Assembly: GCF_006345805.1 (NCBI RefSeq)
Contig: NC_043005.1
Location: 99,448,001 to 99,512,000 of the forward strand
Source of the DNA: Octopus sinensis
Lineage: Eukaryota
DNA length: 64,000 nucleotides
Reading direction: 5' to 3'
Below the pieces are notes generated by a model. The model was not told the origin of the DNA and ran no database searches. It saw nothing but the letters and a program-made list of their open reading frames with translations. A program made the position numbers and the translations under genes. Below, one piece after another: positions 25,115-38,195 of this stretch. The number at the start of each line of letters is the position of its first letter. The first letter of the stretch is position 1.

Positions 25115-25315
25115 GATAAAGTTAATCCAAACATGAAAACATAAAGAGAAAACACAACAACGCGAGGGCGTGGAACAAACATAGTATTATTGGACGCTCA
25201 GGAAGGAAGGGAAGAAGGAAGGTTTAAAGTTTCGAGGGGAGCACTTCGTCAGAAACATAGGAAAAGGAAAGATCCAGAGAAGGGAAGACGGAGGAAAAAA
25301 ATTGCCAATGGTGTG
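25115..25315 (-). mobile_element. PLE pLTR-like fragment, family H2, hammerhead core intact
   Basis: Minus strand GTTT-CTGACGA-A-GTGC-TCC-CCTC-GAA-ACTT-T-AAAC at 25222-25256; flanked by (TA)n. Confidence 0.75.
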
Positions 25316-25368
25316 TATATGTGTATGTATGTATGTATGTATGTATATATATATGTATGTATGTATGT

Positions 25369-25414
<46 letters not shown>

Positions 25415-25541
25415 CATATATACATATATATACACATACATATATACATATATATATACATACATACATATATATATACATACATACATATATACACATA
25501 CATATATACATATATATACACATACATATATACATATATAC

Positions 25542-25578
<37 letters not shown>

Positions 25579-25644
25579 CATACATAATATATACATATAT
25601 AATATATATATATATACATAATATATACATATATATACATATAT

Positions 25645-25742
<98 letters not shown>

Positions 25743-25745
25743 GTT
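25315..25745. repeat. Compound (TA)n/(TACA)n microsatellite
   Basis: Direct inspection. Confidence 0.95.
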
Positions 25746-25841
25746 GCATTTTTTGAGATTTCAGCTTCAATGCCTTTTCATAGTTGATGAAAGTTATGCA
25801 CAGAGGCAGTTGGTATTTTTCATTGATAGTGGCTAGTGAGA

Positions 25842-26202
25842 ATGAACTTTGATGAACTGCTTGGCTGACTCTCAGAAAATAGAATTTCCTTCTTTAGTCA
25901 GATGCTGAATGGAAACAATGTTAAACTTTCAAATCACAAAGATCCTTTTGGAAATATGACTAAAGTACTTTTAGCAATAGGGTCATCAATTGATTGCATT
26001 GGAGACTCTGATATAGATTAATATTTTAACCAAGGGAACACTTTTCTCTCATCTACTTTTGTATTAGGTGAAACCAATGATAAATAATGGAGTGTTAAGG
26101 ATGTTTGTGATTTGAAAGTTGAACATTGTTTCCATTCAGCATCTGACTAAAGAAGGAAATTCTATTTTCTGAGAGTCAGCCAAGCAGTTTAATGAAGTTC
26201 AT
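25842..26202. repeat. Inverted repeat, ~104-bp arms (25842-25945, 26099-26202), 153-bp spacer
   Basis: CTGCTTGGCTGACTCTCAG..TTTCAAATCACAAA matched on both strands with about 5 mismatches. Confidence 0.95.
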
Positions 26203-26234
26203 GTCATGTGTAGTCACAGTGTTAATTGCTCCTA

Positions 26235-26555
26235 TGTATTGAAGGCCGATCTTAAAATGTTAAATCTTACGAAGGAGATGACAGAGGACTGTAAAATGTG
26301 CTGAATTGCTATACTTGAGAAGACCCACCCACCTTAACAAAATTGAGACGTAAAAACCATTGGTGTGGGTGCTACTTAAAAAGCACTGGTGATGGTGTCA
26401 TAAAAAGCTCTCTGAACACTCTGGAAAGGCACCCAGCTGTAGGAAATGAGTCAAAACATGGAACTTGGTGTAGCCCCTGACTTTATCAGTTCCTGTCATG
26501 CCATCCAACTCATGCCAGCATGGAAAACGGACGTTAAGTGAAGATGATGATGATT
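26235..26555 (+). mobile_element. 5'-truncated RTE LINE: last RT codons + 3'UTR + (TGA)n
   Basis: VLKADLKMLNLTKEMTED..AILEKT* runs directly into the recurrent 3'UTR repeat, which identifies that family as LINE 3' ends. Confidence 0.8.
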
Positions 26556-26606
26556 TTATGCTATATTTAATTTGTGATTTGTCATTCAGTTTATTAAAGA
26601 TCTTTC

Positions 26607-26776
26607 CAATGCCATCCTAAGGAATGGACACACTGGGCAGTCGCTCAGGGGCCTCGTGGGTCTGGGGGTCAGATTATGATCTATTTGTGTTGTGACTTGC
26701 AGTCAATAAATAGATACTATAGGGTCCACTGCCATCATTTGTCCAAGGGCCTATAATACTGTTAATATGGCCCTCG
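26607..26776. mobile_element. Possible decayed MITE (GGGCC-type TIR)
   Basis: Left CAATGCCATCCTAA loosely pairs with right TTAATATGGCCCTC. Confidence 0.35.
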
Positions 26777-27089
26777 ATCTCCCTACACATTTAGTGAACC
26801 AACAGTACTAAATCTAGAGTAAGGTTTCTGTTCCTATCTCTTTCCTCCTCTAACACAACAAATAGATTTTGTTTTTGGAGGTATTTTCTGTCTGTTGTTA
26901 GTTACATTTACCCTAAACTTGGTTGGGTCCAGCTTCAGTCCCCAAAGATCTACTAAAGGCTGTACATGTATATATCAAGGAATCTAATCTTTCTCCCTCC
27001 CCACTATCATACAAGATTTAATTAAATACGTATTATCATCATCATCATCGTCATTCATATGTCCACTTTCAGATTATAATGAGCATTTA

Positions 27090-27628
27090 AAAGCAACTAT
27101 TTCTTGTGCACACTTAGAGTTTATTGTTCTACTGAACCTCTTATGTGTCCTTAGTTTTCAGTGGGTAGACCATAAGGATTTTCTATCTACTCTTTTTTTA
27201 CATACCGAGAGAGAGTTTCCCTGATAGTAACAAGGTTCTGTTTGCTTTTCTACTTACTAATATTTTAGTCTTTCCTAAGGTGATTTTAAGGTTTTGCTTT
27301 GATGCCTGGGATTTCTTTTCTAACCCTACTATGATTGAGCTACAAGACTGAAATCATCAACATATAAGCTTTCTAATGGGCACCCAGTCTTAAACTCTAA
27401 ATTTAAGGTCTGTAGGTCTATGATAAATAAAAAGGGACTGAGCATTGAGTATTGATGGACTTCCACCTGCACATTAGATTTATTACTTTACTTATTGCTA
27501 ATTCTCACTGTGCTGACAACACTTTTATACATGTGTTGTGTGATTTTCACAAGCCATTTGTCTATTCTCAGCTTCCTCAACAACTGCCAGATCACTGAAT
27601 GAAGGACTTTGTCAAAAGCTTTCATCAG
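27090..27628 (-). mobile_element. Decayed RTE-clade RT core
   Basis: LMKAFDKV..VIWQLLRKL..WLV..MY..VEVHQYSMLSPFLFII..TGCPLESLYVDDF; in-frame stops. Confidence 0.9.
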
Positions 27629-27629
27629 G

Positions 27630-27792
27630 TAGGCGTAGGAGTGGCTGTGTGGTAAGTAGCTTGCTTACTGACCACATGGTTCTGGGTTCAGTCCCATTGC
27701 GTGGAACTTTGGACAAGTATCTTCTACTATAGCCTCAGGCTGTCCAAAGCCTTGTGAGTGGATTTGGTAGGCGGAAATTGAAAGAAGCCCGT

Positions 27793-27876
<84 letters not shown>

Positions 27877-28110
27877 TGTGTGTGTGTGTGTCTGTGTTTG
27901 TGTGTCTGTGTTTGTCCCCCCAACATCACTTGACAACCGATGCTAATGTGTTTACATCCCTGTGACTTAGCGGTTCAGCCAAAGAGACCAATAGAATAAG
28001 TACTAGGCTTACAAAGAATAAGTCCTGGGGGCGATTTGCTCGACTAAAGGCAGTGCTCCAGGATGGCCTCCGTCATATGACTGAAACAAGTAAAAGAGTA
28101 AAAAGAGTAA
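27630..28110 (+). mobile_element. SINE family A, full length
   Basis: AGGCGTAGGAGTGGCTGTGTGG head to AAAAGAGTAAAAAGAG tail. Confidence 0.9.
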
Positions 28111-29399
28111 AGAGGTCAATACACACACACACGTGGATGCACACACACATACACACACTTGCATTATGTCTCTGCCGTTGACACTAAAACAATAATTAGG
28201 GTGACTATGTTAAATTTAATCAATTAACAGAATCCATAATCTCATCAAAACTCTTTTAAAATTCTTAAACCATCTTTTGTTGCAGTTATAAACTGTTCCT
28301 TCCATATTACTTCCCTTTACCTCATAACAGAATCTGTTTTGCAACATGTTTTCATGAAAGACTTCAGAAAATCTCAAACTTTTTAAAAAAAAATCTCTCT
28401 AAATCTTTATTTATCAATTTATTCCTATAGTTTCAAAGAAATCACAAAAGACATGAGAACTTTCTGTTTCCCTCTACCTCTCCCATATATATATATACCA
28501 TTTACATATATACATATATACCATACATACATACAAAATATATATATATATGTGTGTGTGTGTGTATATATATATATATGTCAATATATATATATATGTG
28601 TGTGTGTGTATATATATATATATAGATGTACATGTATATACATATATTTATATATATATATATATATATACATACATATATATACACACACACACACATT
28701 CATATATTTATATCTATATATTTAGCTCCCTAGAATTGTGCATTGATTTGTAATTGAGCATTTCCAATCTTTCAGATCAGTCTCATAATACTTCAAAAAA
28801 AAGAAAAAACAAATTAAAAAAAAAAAAGAAAAGAAAAGAAAAATATTCTTTTGAGAACCAACTTGATATAAAAACAGGCAATAAACACAATGCAATAATA
28901 CACACATAAAAAAAAAAGAACAGAAACAAAGACACACTTAACATCATTTAGTGAAATTCAATTCTTCTAACCATTATTTTTTTTCTTTGAAATTGAGTGT
29001 GAAAAAAATAAAATAGAGAAAACTAAAAAACTGTAATTTGGAAATAAGGTAGAAAATTCAGTGAGGTAAAAAAAACAACAACCCAGAATGGTTAATAGAA
29101 CAAAGAAAAATCAAGAAGTAATTGGTAAAATTAACAACATTTTGATTTCCAAAATATCTATAGTTTAGTACAACAACAGATATTTTTTCTTTCAATCTGT
29201 GTGTATTCCTTTCGGGACATTTGCCAAAACAGTGAATGAATTTGAAAAGATAAAAGGAAATAGCTTGAATAAAAAAAATTGTTGGTTATAATATATATAT
29301 TATTTTATATAATAATGTAATGTACATATTTATGAGTACATAAGGATGTGTATATATAAATGAGATGTGTGTACGTGTCTTTCGTTCTCTCTCTCTTGA

Positions 29400-29405
29400 T
29401 ACATT

Positions 29406-29441
<36 letters not shown>

Positions 29442-29452
29442 ATATATATATA

Positions 29453-29496
<44 letters not shown>

Positions 29497-29595
29497 ATTA
29501 TATATATTATATATATATATAAAAATATATATTATATATATATATTTATATATATTATTTTATATAATATAATATATATATAATATATATATATA

Positions 29596-29632
<37 letters not shown>

Positions 29633-29689
29633 TATATATTATATATATATATATATATAAAAATATATATTTATATATATATATTTATA

Positions 29690-29720
<31 letters not shown>

Positions 29721-29840
29721 AAAAATATATATTTATATATATATATAAAAATATATTTTATATATATATATATATAATATATATTTATATATATATATAT
29801 AATATATATTTAGATATATATATATATAAAAATATATATT

Positions 29841-29897
<57 letters not shown>

Positions 29898-29900
29898 GTG
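29400..29900. repeat. Degenerate (TA)n tract; 29455-29812 contains no G or C
   Basis: Direct inspection. Confidence 0.95.
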
Positions 29901-30407
29901 CATATATAAATGTATTCAAGTGTGTGTTTCCTTCATTCTCTCTCACTCTCACTATATATACATATATACGCATGTGTGTATGTGTGAGTGAGAAAGACAA
30001 AGATGTGTAAATTAGGTATACATGATGTATGTAAATTTGTTGAAAATACACACACATATTGGCATTTTATAATCTTAAAATAAATAATGTGTGTGTACGG
30101 TATGTGTATATATGTATGTATATATATATATATACACATGTTTATATATGTTTGTATATGTGGATAGGTAATATGTGTGTGTATGTGTGAGTGTTTATGA
30201 GTGTATAAAATTTATATATATATTTACATATGTTTGTGTATATGTATAAGTTCGAGAAATATAAATATCTATCTATCTATCTATATATTATCTATATATG
30301 TGTTTGTGTGTGTGTATTTATATCATATATATATTTATATATATATATAAATGTATATATATATATGTATGCATATATAAATATATACATATATATGCTT
30401 ACATACA

Positions 30408-30482
<75 letters not shown>

Positions 30483-31304
30483 CATGATGGTTAAGTGATT
30501 AGGTTACGTGTGGAAACAATTCAATTGAAGTGAAAACTAATTCTTCTTCATGATAAAAGAATAATATAACTTATTCTCTTGTTCCACACTAACTGATGTT
30601 TTTTTACTCTGTTTTCCGTCTATTTTTATGTTGAACTTTTTTTTATTACTAATGTTTCTCATTTCTATGGTTCAACTGTGTTTCTGAATGCAATGTCTTA
30701 CTCAGGTGTACATAATTATTAAATTGACAGGTAAAGTTTGAGCATTCTTGAATGCTAATTTTGTTCGAGAATATTTTTTTTTGTTTCTTTTTTGCTTATT
30801 GTATTATTTTGAACTGAGTTGTTCATTTTTAATAATCTTAAATGTTATTCAAGTCAGCTTACTTTTTCAGATAAAACGCCGCCGCCACCGCCACCACCAC
30901 CACCACCGCTGCCACCAATTTCATCACCGTTACTATAACAATCATTATTGCCATTAACATCATCCAGTCTCAGGAGGCCTTTGAATGTCGTGTGCACTGC
31001 CCCGCAACCAGTGTAGAACCCTTGCTACTTATAACTGAATCCAGTTAAGATGCTTCAATGTAATTCTTCAAGCTAATCATTATAGATGCCATATCTCTTT
31101 TAGAATTTTTATACCATTTCTAAAACTGGGGCCGTAGATTCTAAATGAAGTAAGAGTATGAACTCATGGTGAGTATTGCCTAACTCTGTTCTCCAACGAT
31201 AAACATATATGTTTACCAAGTTTGAAATAGATATGAAATATCCTAGATGATCTTTCTTTTCAAACTCCACAAACCTTTATATACAGTTATGACAATGTAA
31301 ATGG

Positions 31305-31605
31305 AGGTGCAAGGGCCCAGTGGTTAGGGCAGTGGACTTGTGGTCAGAGGATCGTAGTTTCGATTCCCAGACCGGGCGTAGTGTGTGTTTATTGAGCGAA
31401 AACACTTAAAAGCTCCACAAGGTTCCAGCAGGGGGTGGTAGCGACCCGTTGTACTCTTTCACCACAACTTTCTCTCACTCTTTCTTCCTGTTTCTTGGGT
31501 AATGCTGCAATGGACTGGCATCCCGTCCAGTTGGGGGGAACACATATGCCACAGAAACCAGGAGCCAGGGCCCATGAGCCTGCTAGGCTTGAAAAAGGCG
31601 ACGTT
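31305..31605 (+). mobile_element. SINE family C variant
   Basis: GGCCCAGTGG A-box, GTTTCGATTCCC B-box, TTGAGCGAAAACAC. Confidence 0.8.
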
Positions 31606-32339
31606 TATCGTTTTTATGACAATGTAAACACAGTTTTCCAAAGTCAAGGTTACTTCTTTATGTTCAGAAACTATTTAAAGTCTGAGAGTTAAGGCGGAAG
31701 CCTTATCTGGTCACTCAAACTGCTAGAAATAAATGAAATGGTAGCATCAATATTACTCTAAAGTTTAGCTTGTATATGGTATGGTTAATTAAATGTTCAC
31801 AGGGTCTTGTTGGGATATACCTTTTTATCCACTTCTTCAATGCTCACTGCCAACTTTAGTGAAGATGTTCAAGATTTATTCCCTTGGAAAATCATTACTT
31901 CTTCTATGCAAAGGTAAGGTGTATGGGTATACACCCTTCTATTATACCATACTTATATGTGAGTGTATTTGAGGAGTGTATATATGTATATAAAGTATGT
32001 GTGTGAGGGAGAGTACATGGACACTCATCATTGCCATTTCTCCCTGACATTGTTTGCCAGGCACCCTCTTCTCTTCTTTCTTCCAGTTAGCCAGAGGATC
32101 CCCACCTCCCCTTTTGCTCTCTTCTTTTTCTGCTTTTCCTTCTCTTTGTACATACATACTGACCCTTGATGGCTTGAAGGATAGAGGGAAAGTTGTAATT
32201 TATTGAGTAGTAATTGTTTGTTTAAATTAATTGGACATGCATAAGAGCCCTCTGTCAGCTGACAATTGTTGGCACAAGTCTTCTTCATGTTCTGATGTTG
32301 ACAACAGTCCTCTAACTACTCACTCTCCTTTCTGATCAA

Positions 32340-32985
32340 GTCCACAATCAATGCTGGCACAAAGAAATGTAGGTCCAGTGAAACTGTTGAAATGTTAGAG
32401 CAGTGGTGTGTAGATGTGTGCTGTATGCACAAGCTAAGATGGAGGGCAGCTTCAGCTAGACTCTTTGCAAGCAAGGAACAAAGATGCAAATTCTCTAGAG
32501 TAGGCAACAGAGATGGGGTGGGTACTGTAAGATTCCAGAGTGTACATGAAGTTTTTCTCCTAGAAATGAAGTGGGAACAAGGCTGCTGGGGTTCTGGAAT
32601 GCAAATGACTTGATGATCTGTAAAAGTAATTGCTGCAAACTAGCCAGCCACTCAATCCCTTATCAGTTTGATGGGGACACAAGCTAGATTGATTACATTT
32701 TTACTAGATAAAAAGGATAGACAGATGACTATGAATCCAAAGTCTTTCTCTGGTAAAGAATATACAACCCAACTGATTAGTGACTTCCCAGTTGAGAAAC
32801 CAGACCAGTCTGGAAAAGGATGATATGGAAGTAAAAATGTCAGAAATTTAGAGATGTTCTCATTGGAGCTTTTGGTAAAAAGGTGGGGTGAGACAGAGAT
32901 GTATAGCACAGAAGAGAACTGGATATATTTTGGGACAACATACTGAGAGCCACAGATCAAATCTCTAGCTAGTGAAAGTCCCAGT
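32340..32985 (+). mobile_element. Decayed RTE-clade AP endonuclease region with internal deletion
   Basis: INAGT..RSSETVEML..VDVCCM..RWRAASAR..GN.DGVG; later IDYI, KSFSG, IWK, RATDQI motifs with stops and frameshifts. Confidence 0.85.
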
Positions 32986-32999
32986 TGTAAATTTATCCC

Positions 33000-33756
33000 C
33001 ATTTTTTTTTTACAGTTTTGTGTAATAAAAAGTGACTTAGCAATGCAAATTTGTATATGGCACAAAAAATTCAAAGAGGAAGGCTGTTGGTGAAGGGCAA
33101 AAGGATCTGGATGACCACTAACATTGGAAGAGATGGTCAAGCGGGTTTGCCAAACACTCTTGTGAAGCCCCAAGAAGTCCATAAGAACAAGTCTGGAAAC
33201 CCAAATTCCTCTAATGACAGTTTGATGCATCCTGAGGAAACGCTTGCTAATGAAACCCATTGCAAATGAACATGAAGACTTCGTTTTTCAACAGGATGGG
33301 GCTCCACCTCACTGGACTCTCACTGTGCCGGCTTATCTCAATGACAATCTGTGAGGGAGATATGCTGTTGAAATGGCCACCACATTCACCTGACCTGACA
33401 CCTTGCGATTGTTTTCTCTGGGGCTATGTGAAGGGCTTAGTCTATGTCCCCACTCTTCCTGTAAACTTAGAGGAACTCAAGCACTACCACACTGGAGACT
33501 GTTGCCCAAGACATGCTACAGTGTATTTGGGAGGAGCTGGACTACTGACTTTACATGTGCCATGTCTCAGGTGGTGCACATATTGAACATTTCTGAAATC
33601 ATTCATGGAATCCACAAACCTTTGAATTTCTCATTCAAAGCTGGAAGAATAAATATTATGTTGCTCAACATTAAGTCTGTTGAGTTTCATTTGCTTTGGC
33701 TCTGTAGTTTCTGTGATATTTACATCTCAAATAATATCAAATTTTTTGAAACACCC

Positions 33757-33762
<6 letters not shown>
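33000..33762 (+). mobile_element. Tc1/mariner transposase remnant, internally deleted
   Basis: WHKKFKEEGC..SPKKS..LRKRLLMKP, then FQQDGAPPHW and KWPPHSPDLTPCDCFLWGYVK; right end GAAACACCCTGTG-TA; left TIR not found. Confidence 0.9.
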
Positions 33763-33792
<30 letters not shown>

Positions 33793-34050
33793 CACATATA
33801 TATTTCTCTATGTGTCTAATTGTCGTAATGTAGAATTCTTATGCTTGTTTTTTTAATTTTCTTATCTGACATCACCATTAATTGAATACAGCAATGTCTA
33901 AAATTAGATTCCTTCTAAGTGTTCTTTTTGTAGGCGTTTATGTAATGAACATTTTTCTTATGTTCAATTTGAATTTCATTAATTTTGGATCACTTTGAAA
34001 ATGTTGTGTTAGCATATATTTTCAGAAATATTAATATTAATATTTATAAT

Positions 34051-34083
<33 letters not shown>

Positions 34084-34157
34084 CTTAATGCAATAAAAAC
34101 AATTACCAGCTTTATAAAATGAGATCTGTAAAAAAGATGCAATTTTCTCTGTCTTTC

Positions 34158-34648
34158 TCTTTACTCTTTTACTTGTTCCAGTCATTTGACTGTGGCCATG
34201 CTGGAACACCGCCTTTAGTCAAGCAAATCGACCCCAGGACTTATTCTTTGTAAGCCTAGTACTTATTCTATTGGTCGCTTTTGCCGAACTGCTAAGTTAC
34301 GGGGAAGTAAACACACTAGCATCGGTCGTCAAGTGATGTAGGGGGGACAAACACAAACATACACACACACACACACACACATATATATATTTCCTTTCCT
34401 GAGCGTCCAATAACACTATACTTGTTCCACACCCTTGCGTTGTTGTGTTTTCTCTTTGTTCATGTTTGGATTAACACCATATACACGACAGACTTCTTTC
34501 AGTTTCCGTCTACCAAATCCACTCAAAAGGCTTTGGTCAGCCTGAGGCTATAGTAGAAGACATTTGCCCAAGGTGCCATGCAGTGGGACTGAACCCGGAA
34601 CCATGTGGCTGGTAAGCAAGCTACTTACCACACAGCCACTCCTATGCC
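34158..34648 (-). mobile_element. SINE family A with nested H2 pLTR fragment (34392-34470)
   Basis: Both SINE halves present; insert TTCCTGAGCGTCCAATAAC..TTTGGATTAAC matches 6675-6755. Confidence 0.85.
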
Positions 34649-35202
34649 TACCTGTATATTTTTTCTTGTCAAATACTCTGAATTTCTTGAAATTCTGCTA
34701 AAGAACATTTGTATTTACTGGTCACACATGAGGATTTACAATGGATGTGTATTCTACTTACATTTACTGGTGTCTAATTGTTGGATACTGTTAACCAACT
34801 GTGCGTTTTATTGATATCTGCTTGGACGTTTTAATTCCTTTTTCTTTTCTCTCTCTCTCTCTATCTCTCTCTCTATATATATATATACATATATATATAT
34901 AACTTACTTGGAAAAGGATGCATGGTGTTCGATCCTTGCCTTCGAAATGCAGAGTACATGAAACAGGGACGACTGATGAAGGGGAATATTCTTTATGTTG
35001 CATGTCTCACTTCTCAATTTGTTTTTTTTTCATTGTTCGAAAAAAAGTTCGTTTTCTATGTTTTTGTTTTTATGTTTTCGTTTCTCATTGTGTTCAACGT
35101 TTTTTTAATGTCCTGTACCCATATACGCATGTATATATACATATATATGTAGGTATGTACATAGATGCATGTATATATATGCATATATTTATATATTATT
35201 TA

Positions 35203-35236
<34 letters not shown>

Positions 35237-35268
35237 TAATATATATATATATATATACACACACATAT

Positions 35269-35605
35269 ACTTTGAGACTTTGGGTGTTCACACGGGTACT
35301 ACCCAGTTGCTCTTTCAGCTCACTTAGGCTCAATCTTTTATACAAGTTAACCTAACATCCTCCACTTGAAATATGACATGATACCTCTTAGTCATGGGAA
35401 AAGATAGACTGGCAGAACCTTCTCTTTAATCCTGATTATTAAAGATAATTGGAGGCTGATTGCTAATGTTTAGCCCTAGGCTGGATTTTTATCAAGCAGA
35501 CCGTCTACTGTGTCTTTAGGTATGTGTAAGATGATATCATTCAGGTTATACTTGCTTATTCAAAACAGCAGGGTTTCTTCTGAAATGTTGCTGCTATTTC
35601 TTGCA
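35269..35605. repeat. 337-bp direct repeat, copy 1
   Basis: Nearly identical to 39085-39421 (about 7 substitutions seen). Confidence 0.95.
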
Positions 35606-36344
35606 ATGTGAAGAAATGCATTGTAACCAGCAGTGTATAACAACATGGAATATTCTGATCAATGCAGTGATAAACATATGTAGAATATTTTCAGAACAAG
35701 AGTTCAAGATCTTGGTTTTGAACATCTTGTAGTAGCGCTCATAAAAAAAAATCATTGCCAGGTGTCTTGAGACACAACAAATGTGACAAAAAAAAAAACC
35801 ACCGTAAACTCAAATTTTCATTATATTAAACTTACAAAAACGAGTATTGATGAAAAAATATATATAGAAGAGTCTTGCTTGTAAATGATTTATTGCAACG
35901 ATTGAAAAAGATTTTCATCAGGTACGGCAGCCATTTAGATGTCACAGATCTCACTGCAAACTGTATAAAAAACTTGAAGAAGAGCAAAGCAAACATAATC
36001 CATAAAACTACTGTTTTCTTCAGTTTTTGTTCCATACAAACTTCATACAAAGATTTTGTTATGTCTTAAATGTTTTTTTACATACACAGATAAACTAGTC
36101 GAATAAACAAAGTAAATAAGTTTTTGTGCTATCCATGAAAGTGCTACAGCCTGCAATAATCCAAATGCAATACCTGTGAAAAGACAAGAGCCATACTTTT
36201 GGAATTACTGTGCTACATTGCTTTCATAGAAAACAAAACATTGATTCTTGACTCTCCAACCAGAGTGTTATGTGTTCTCTTTGTTGCTTTCACTACAACT
36301 ACATCTTATATTATTCTGAACTGGTCAATGGCATGACACCTCAT

Positions 36345-36545
36345 TTTATTTCTTTATTGCCTACAGGGGGCTAAACATAAAGGGGACAAACGAGGACAGT
36401 GAATGACTGGTACTTTTTTAATCGACCCCAAAAGGATGAAAGGCAAAGTTGATCGCAGTGGAATTTAAACTCAGAACGTAATGGCAGACGAAATACCACT
36501 AAGCATTTCGCCTGGCGTGCTAACAATTCTGCCAGCTCATTGCCA
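36345..36545 (-). mobile_element. SINE family B
   Basis: GGATGAAAGGCAAAGTTGATC..CATTTCGCCTGGCGTGCTAAC..CTGCCAGCTC. Confidence 0.85.
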
Positions 36546-36974
36546 TAACACCTCATTACAAACCCACTTTGTATATACCAACAAGGAAGCTTCTACAAGT
36601 ACTCCCAATTTGCTAAAAGTAGCAATCAAATCTCCCTCAAATCATGTGCTATTGTCTTAATAGAAGAAGAGGACATTGACTAATGTAAGTCATAAATCTG
36701 TTTAGTCAGAGCTCACTTGGATTGAAACTAAAACAGCTATAGCAACAACAATAACATAGTTAATGTAGGCATCCCTCTGCCACTCGTCTGTAGGGTCTCA
36801 CTTCTCAGACCCCATGAACTCATTGCCTAATTTTTTTCTCCAATAAAATCCAATCTTTAGGAACTCTCAAATTCCTCTCCCATCCTACTTTAGATAATCA
36901 TCCTGCAAAAAACTGAAGATCAACTTCATGAATCTGTGAGATACTGCTGTTCTTTTGCTACAGAGACAAAATGT

Positions 36975-37262
36975 GGAGGCACATGGCCTAGTGGTTAGAG
37001 CAGCAGACTCACGGTCGAGGGATTGTGGGTTCAAAACTCAGACTGGGCGATGTGTGTGTTTATGAGCTCCGCACGGCTCCAGCAGAAGGTAATGGCGAAC
37101 TTCTGTCGACTCTTTAGCCACAACATTCTTTCACTCTTTTCTCTTGCATCTTGCAGCTCACTTGCGATAGACCGGCACCCTGTCCAGGTGGGGAACCTAT
37201 ATGCCAATGAAACCGGGAAACCGGCCCTTATGAGCCAGGCATGGCTCGAGAAGGAACAACAC
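36975..37262 (+). mobile_element. SINE family C variant
   Basis: TGGCCTAGTGG A-box, GGGTTCAAAACTC B-box; body homologous to 31305-31605. Confidence 0.8.
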
Positions 37263-37367
37263 AGATAACAAAGAAAACCGTCTTTTTCCCTTAATCAGTG
37301 CATATCATTCTCATCCACAAATTATTAATCTAGTTGATATGTAATTAGTTACATCAGTTATTTTGAA

Positions 37368-37700
37368 GGTGCATGGCTCAGTGATTAGAGCGTCGTGCTT
37401 ACAACCGTGAGGTTGTGAGATCAAATCCCGGACCGGGCTGCGTGTTGTGTTCTTGAGCAAGACACTTTATTTCACGTTGCTCCAGTTCACTCAGCTGTAG
37501 AAATGAGTTGTGACATCACTGGTGCCATTCTGTATCGCCTTTTGTCTTTCCCTTGGATAACACCTGTGGTGTGGAGAAGAGAGGCTGGTATGGATGGGTG
37601 ACGACTGGTCTTCCATAAACAACCTTGCCCAGACTTGTGCCTCGAAGGGTAACTTTCTAGGTGCAATCCCATGGTCTTTGTGACCAAAGGGGGTCTCCAT
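37368..37700 (+). mobile_element. SINE family C
   Basis: TGGCTCAGTG..TTCTTGAGCAAGACAC; homologous to 650-962. Confidence 0.85.
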
Positions 37701-37886
37701 CAGTTATTAATCTAGTTGACATGATATTATCCATATGTATTTCAAGAAACCCACCCATGGTTGTTGACTGACTGGTGGATGCTGTAATGCTGTTGAAACA
37801 GACATTTATTGATTCACCAATCTGACTTCATTGATGACAATTTTGGTAATCATCCTTCCAGAGTCAAGAAAATTTTCGTCAGAAAT

Positions 37887-38004
37887 GCTTACGGCCATAT
37901 CACATTGAGAGCACCGATTCTTGTCTGATCACCGAAGTTAAGCAACGTCGAGCCTAGTGAGTACCTAGATGGGTGACTGCATGGGAAACCTAGGTGCTGT
38001 AAGT
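37887..38004 (+). pseudogene. 5S rRNA pseudogene, full length (~118 nt)
   Basis: GCTTACGGCCATATCAC..GATCACCGAAGTTAAGCAACGTCGAGCC..GATGGGTGAC..GGTGCTGTAAG; multiple substitutions, many CpG-type; no oligo-T terminator. Confidence 0.93.
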
Positions 38005-38009
38005 ATCAC

Positions 38010-38164
38010 AGGCACAGGAGTGGCTGTGTGGTAAGTAGTTTGCTTACCAACCACATGGTTCCGGGTTCAGTCCCACTGCATGGCACCTTGGGCAAGTGTC
38101 TTCTACCAAAGCCTTGTGAGTGGATTTGGTAGACGGAAACTGAAAGAAGCCCGTCGTATATATG

Positions 38165-38195
<31 letters not shown>

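Noticed and set aside
25902-26030. 42-aa frame with LLAIGSSIDCIGDSDIDL resembling a nucleotidyltransferase GS..DxD motif
   Set aside because: Spacing is 8 residues versus the usual 9-13, the frame is short and closed by stops, and there is no supporting exon context; a tblastn would settle it
30706-30730. 25-nt micro-exon (CAG/GTGTAC..ACAG/GTAAAG)
   Set aside because: Splice words this short are common by chance; no independent support
34900-35150. CTGATGA at 34973 in a TA-flanked repeat
   Set aside because: No GAAA after a stem II in any permutation; family left unclassified
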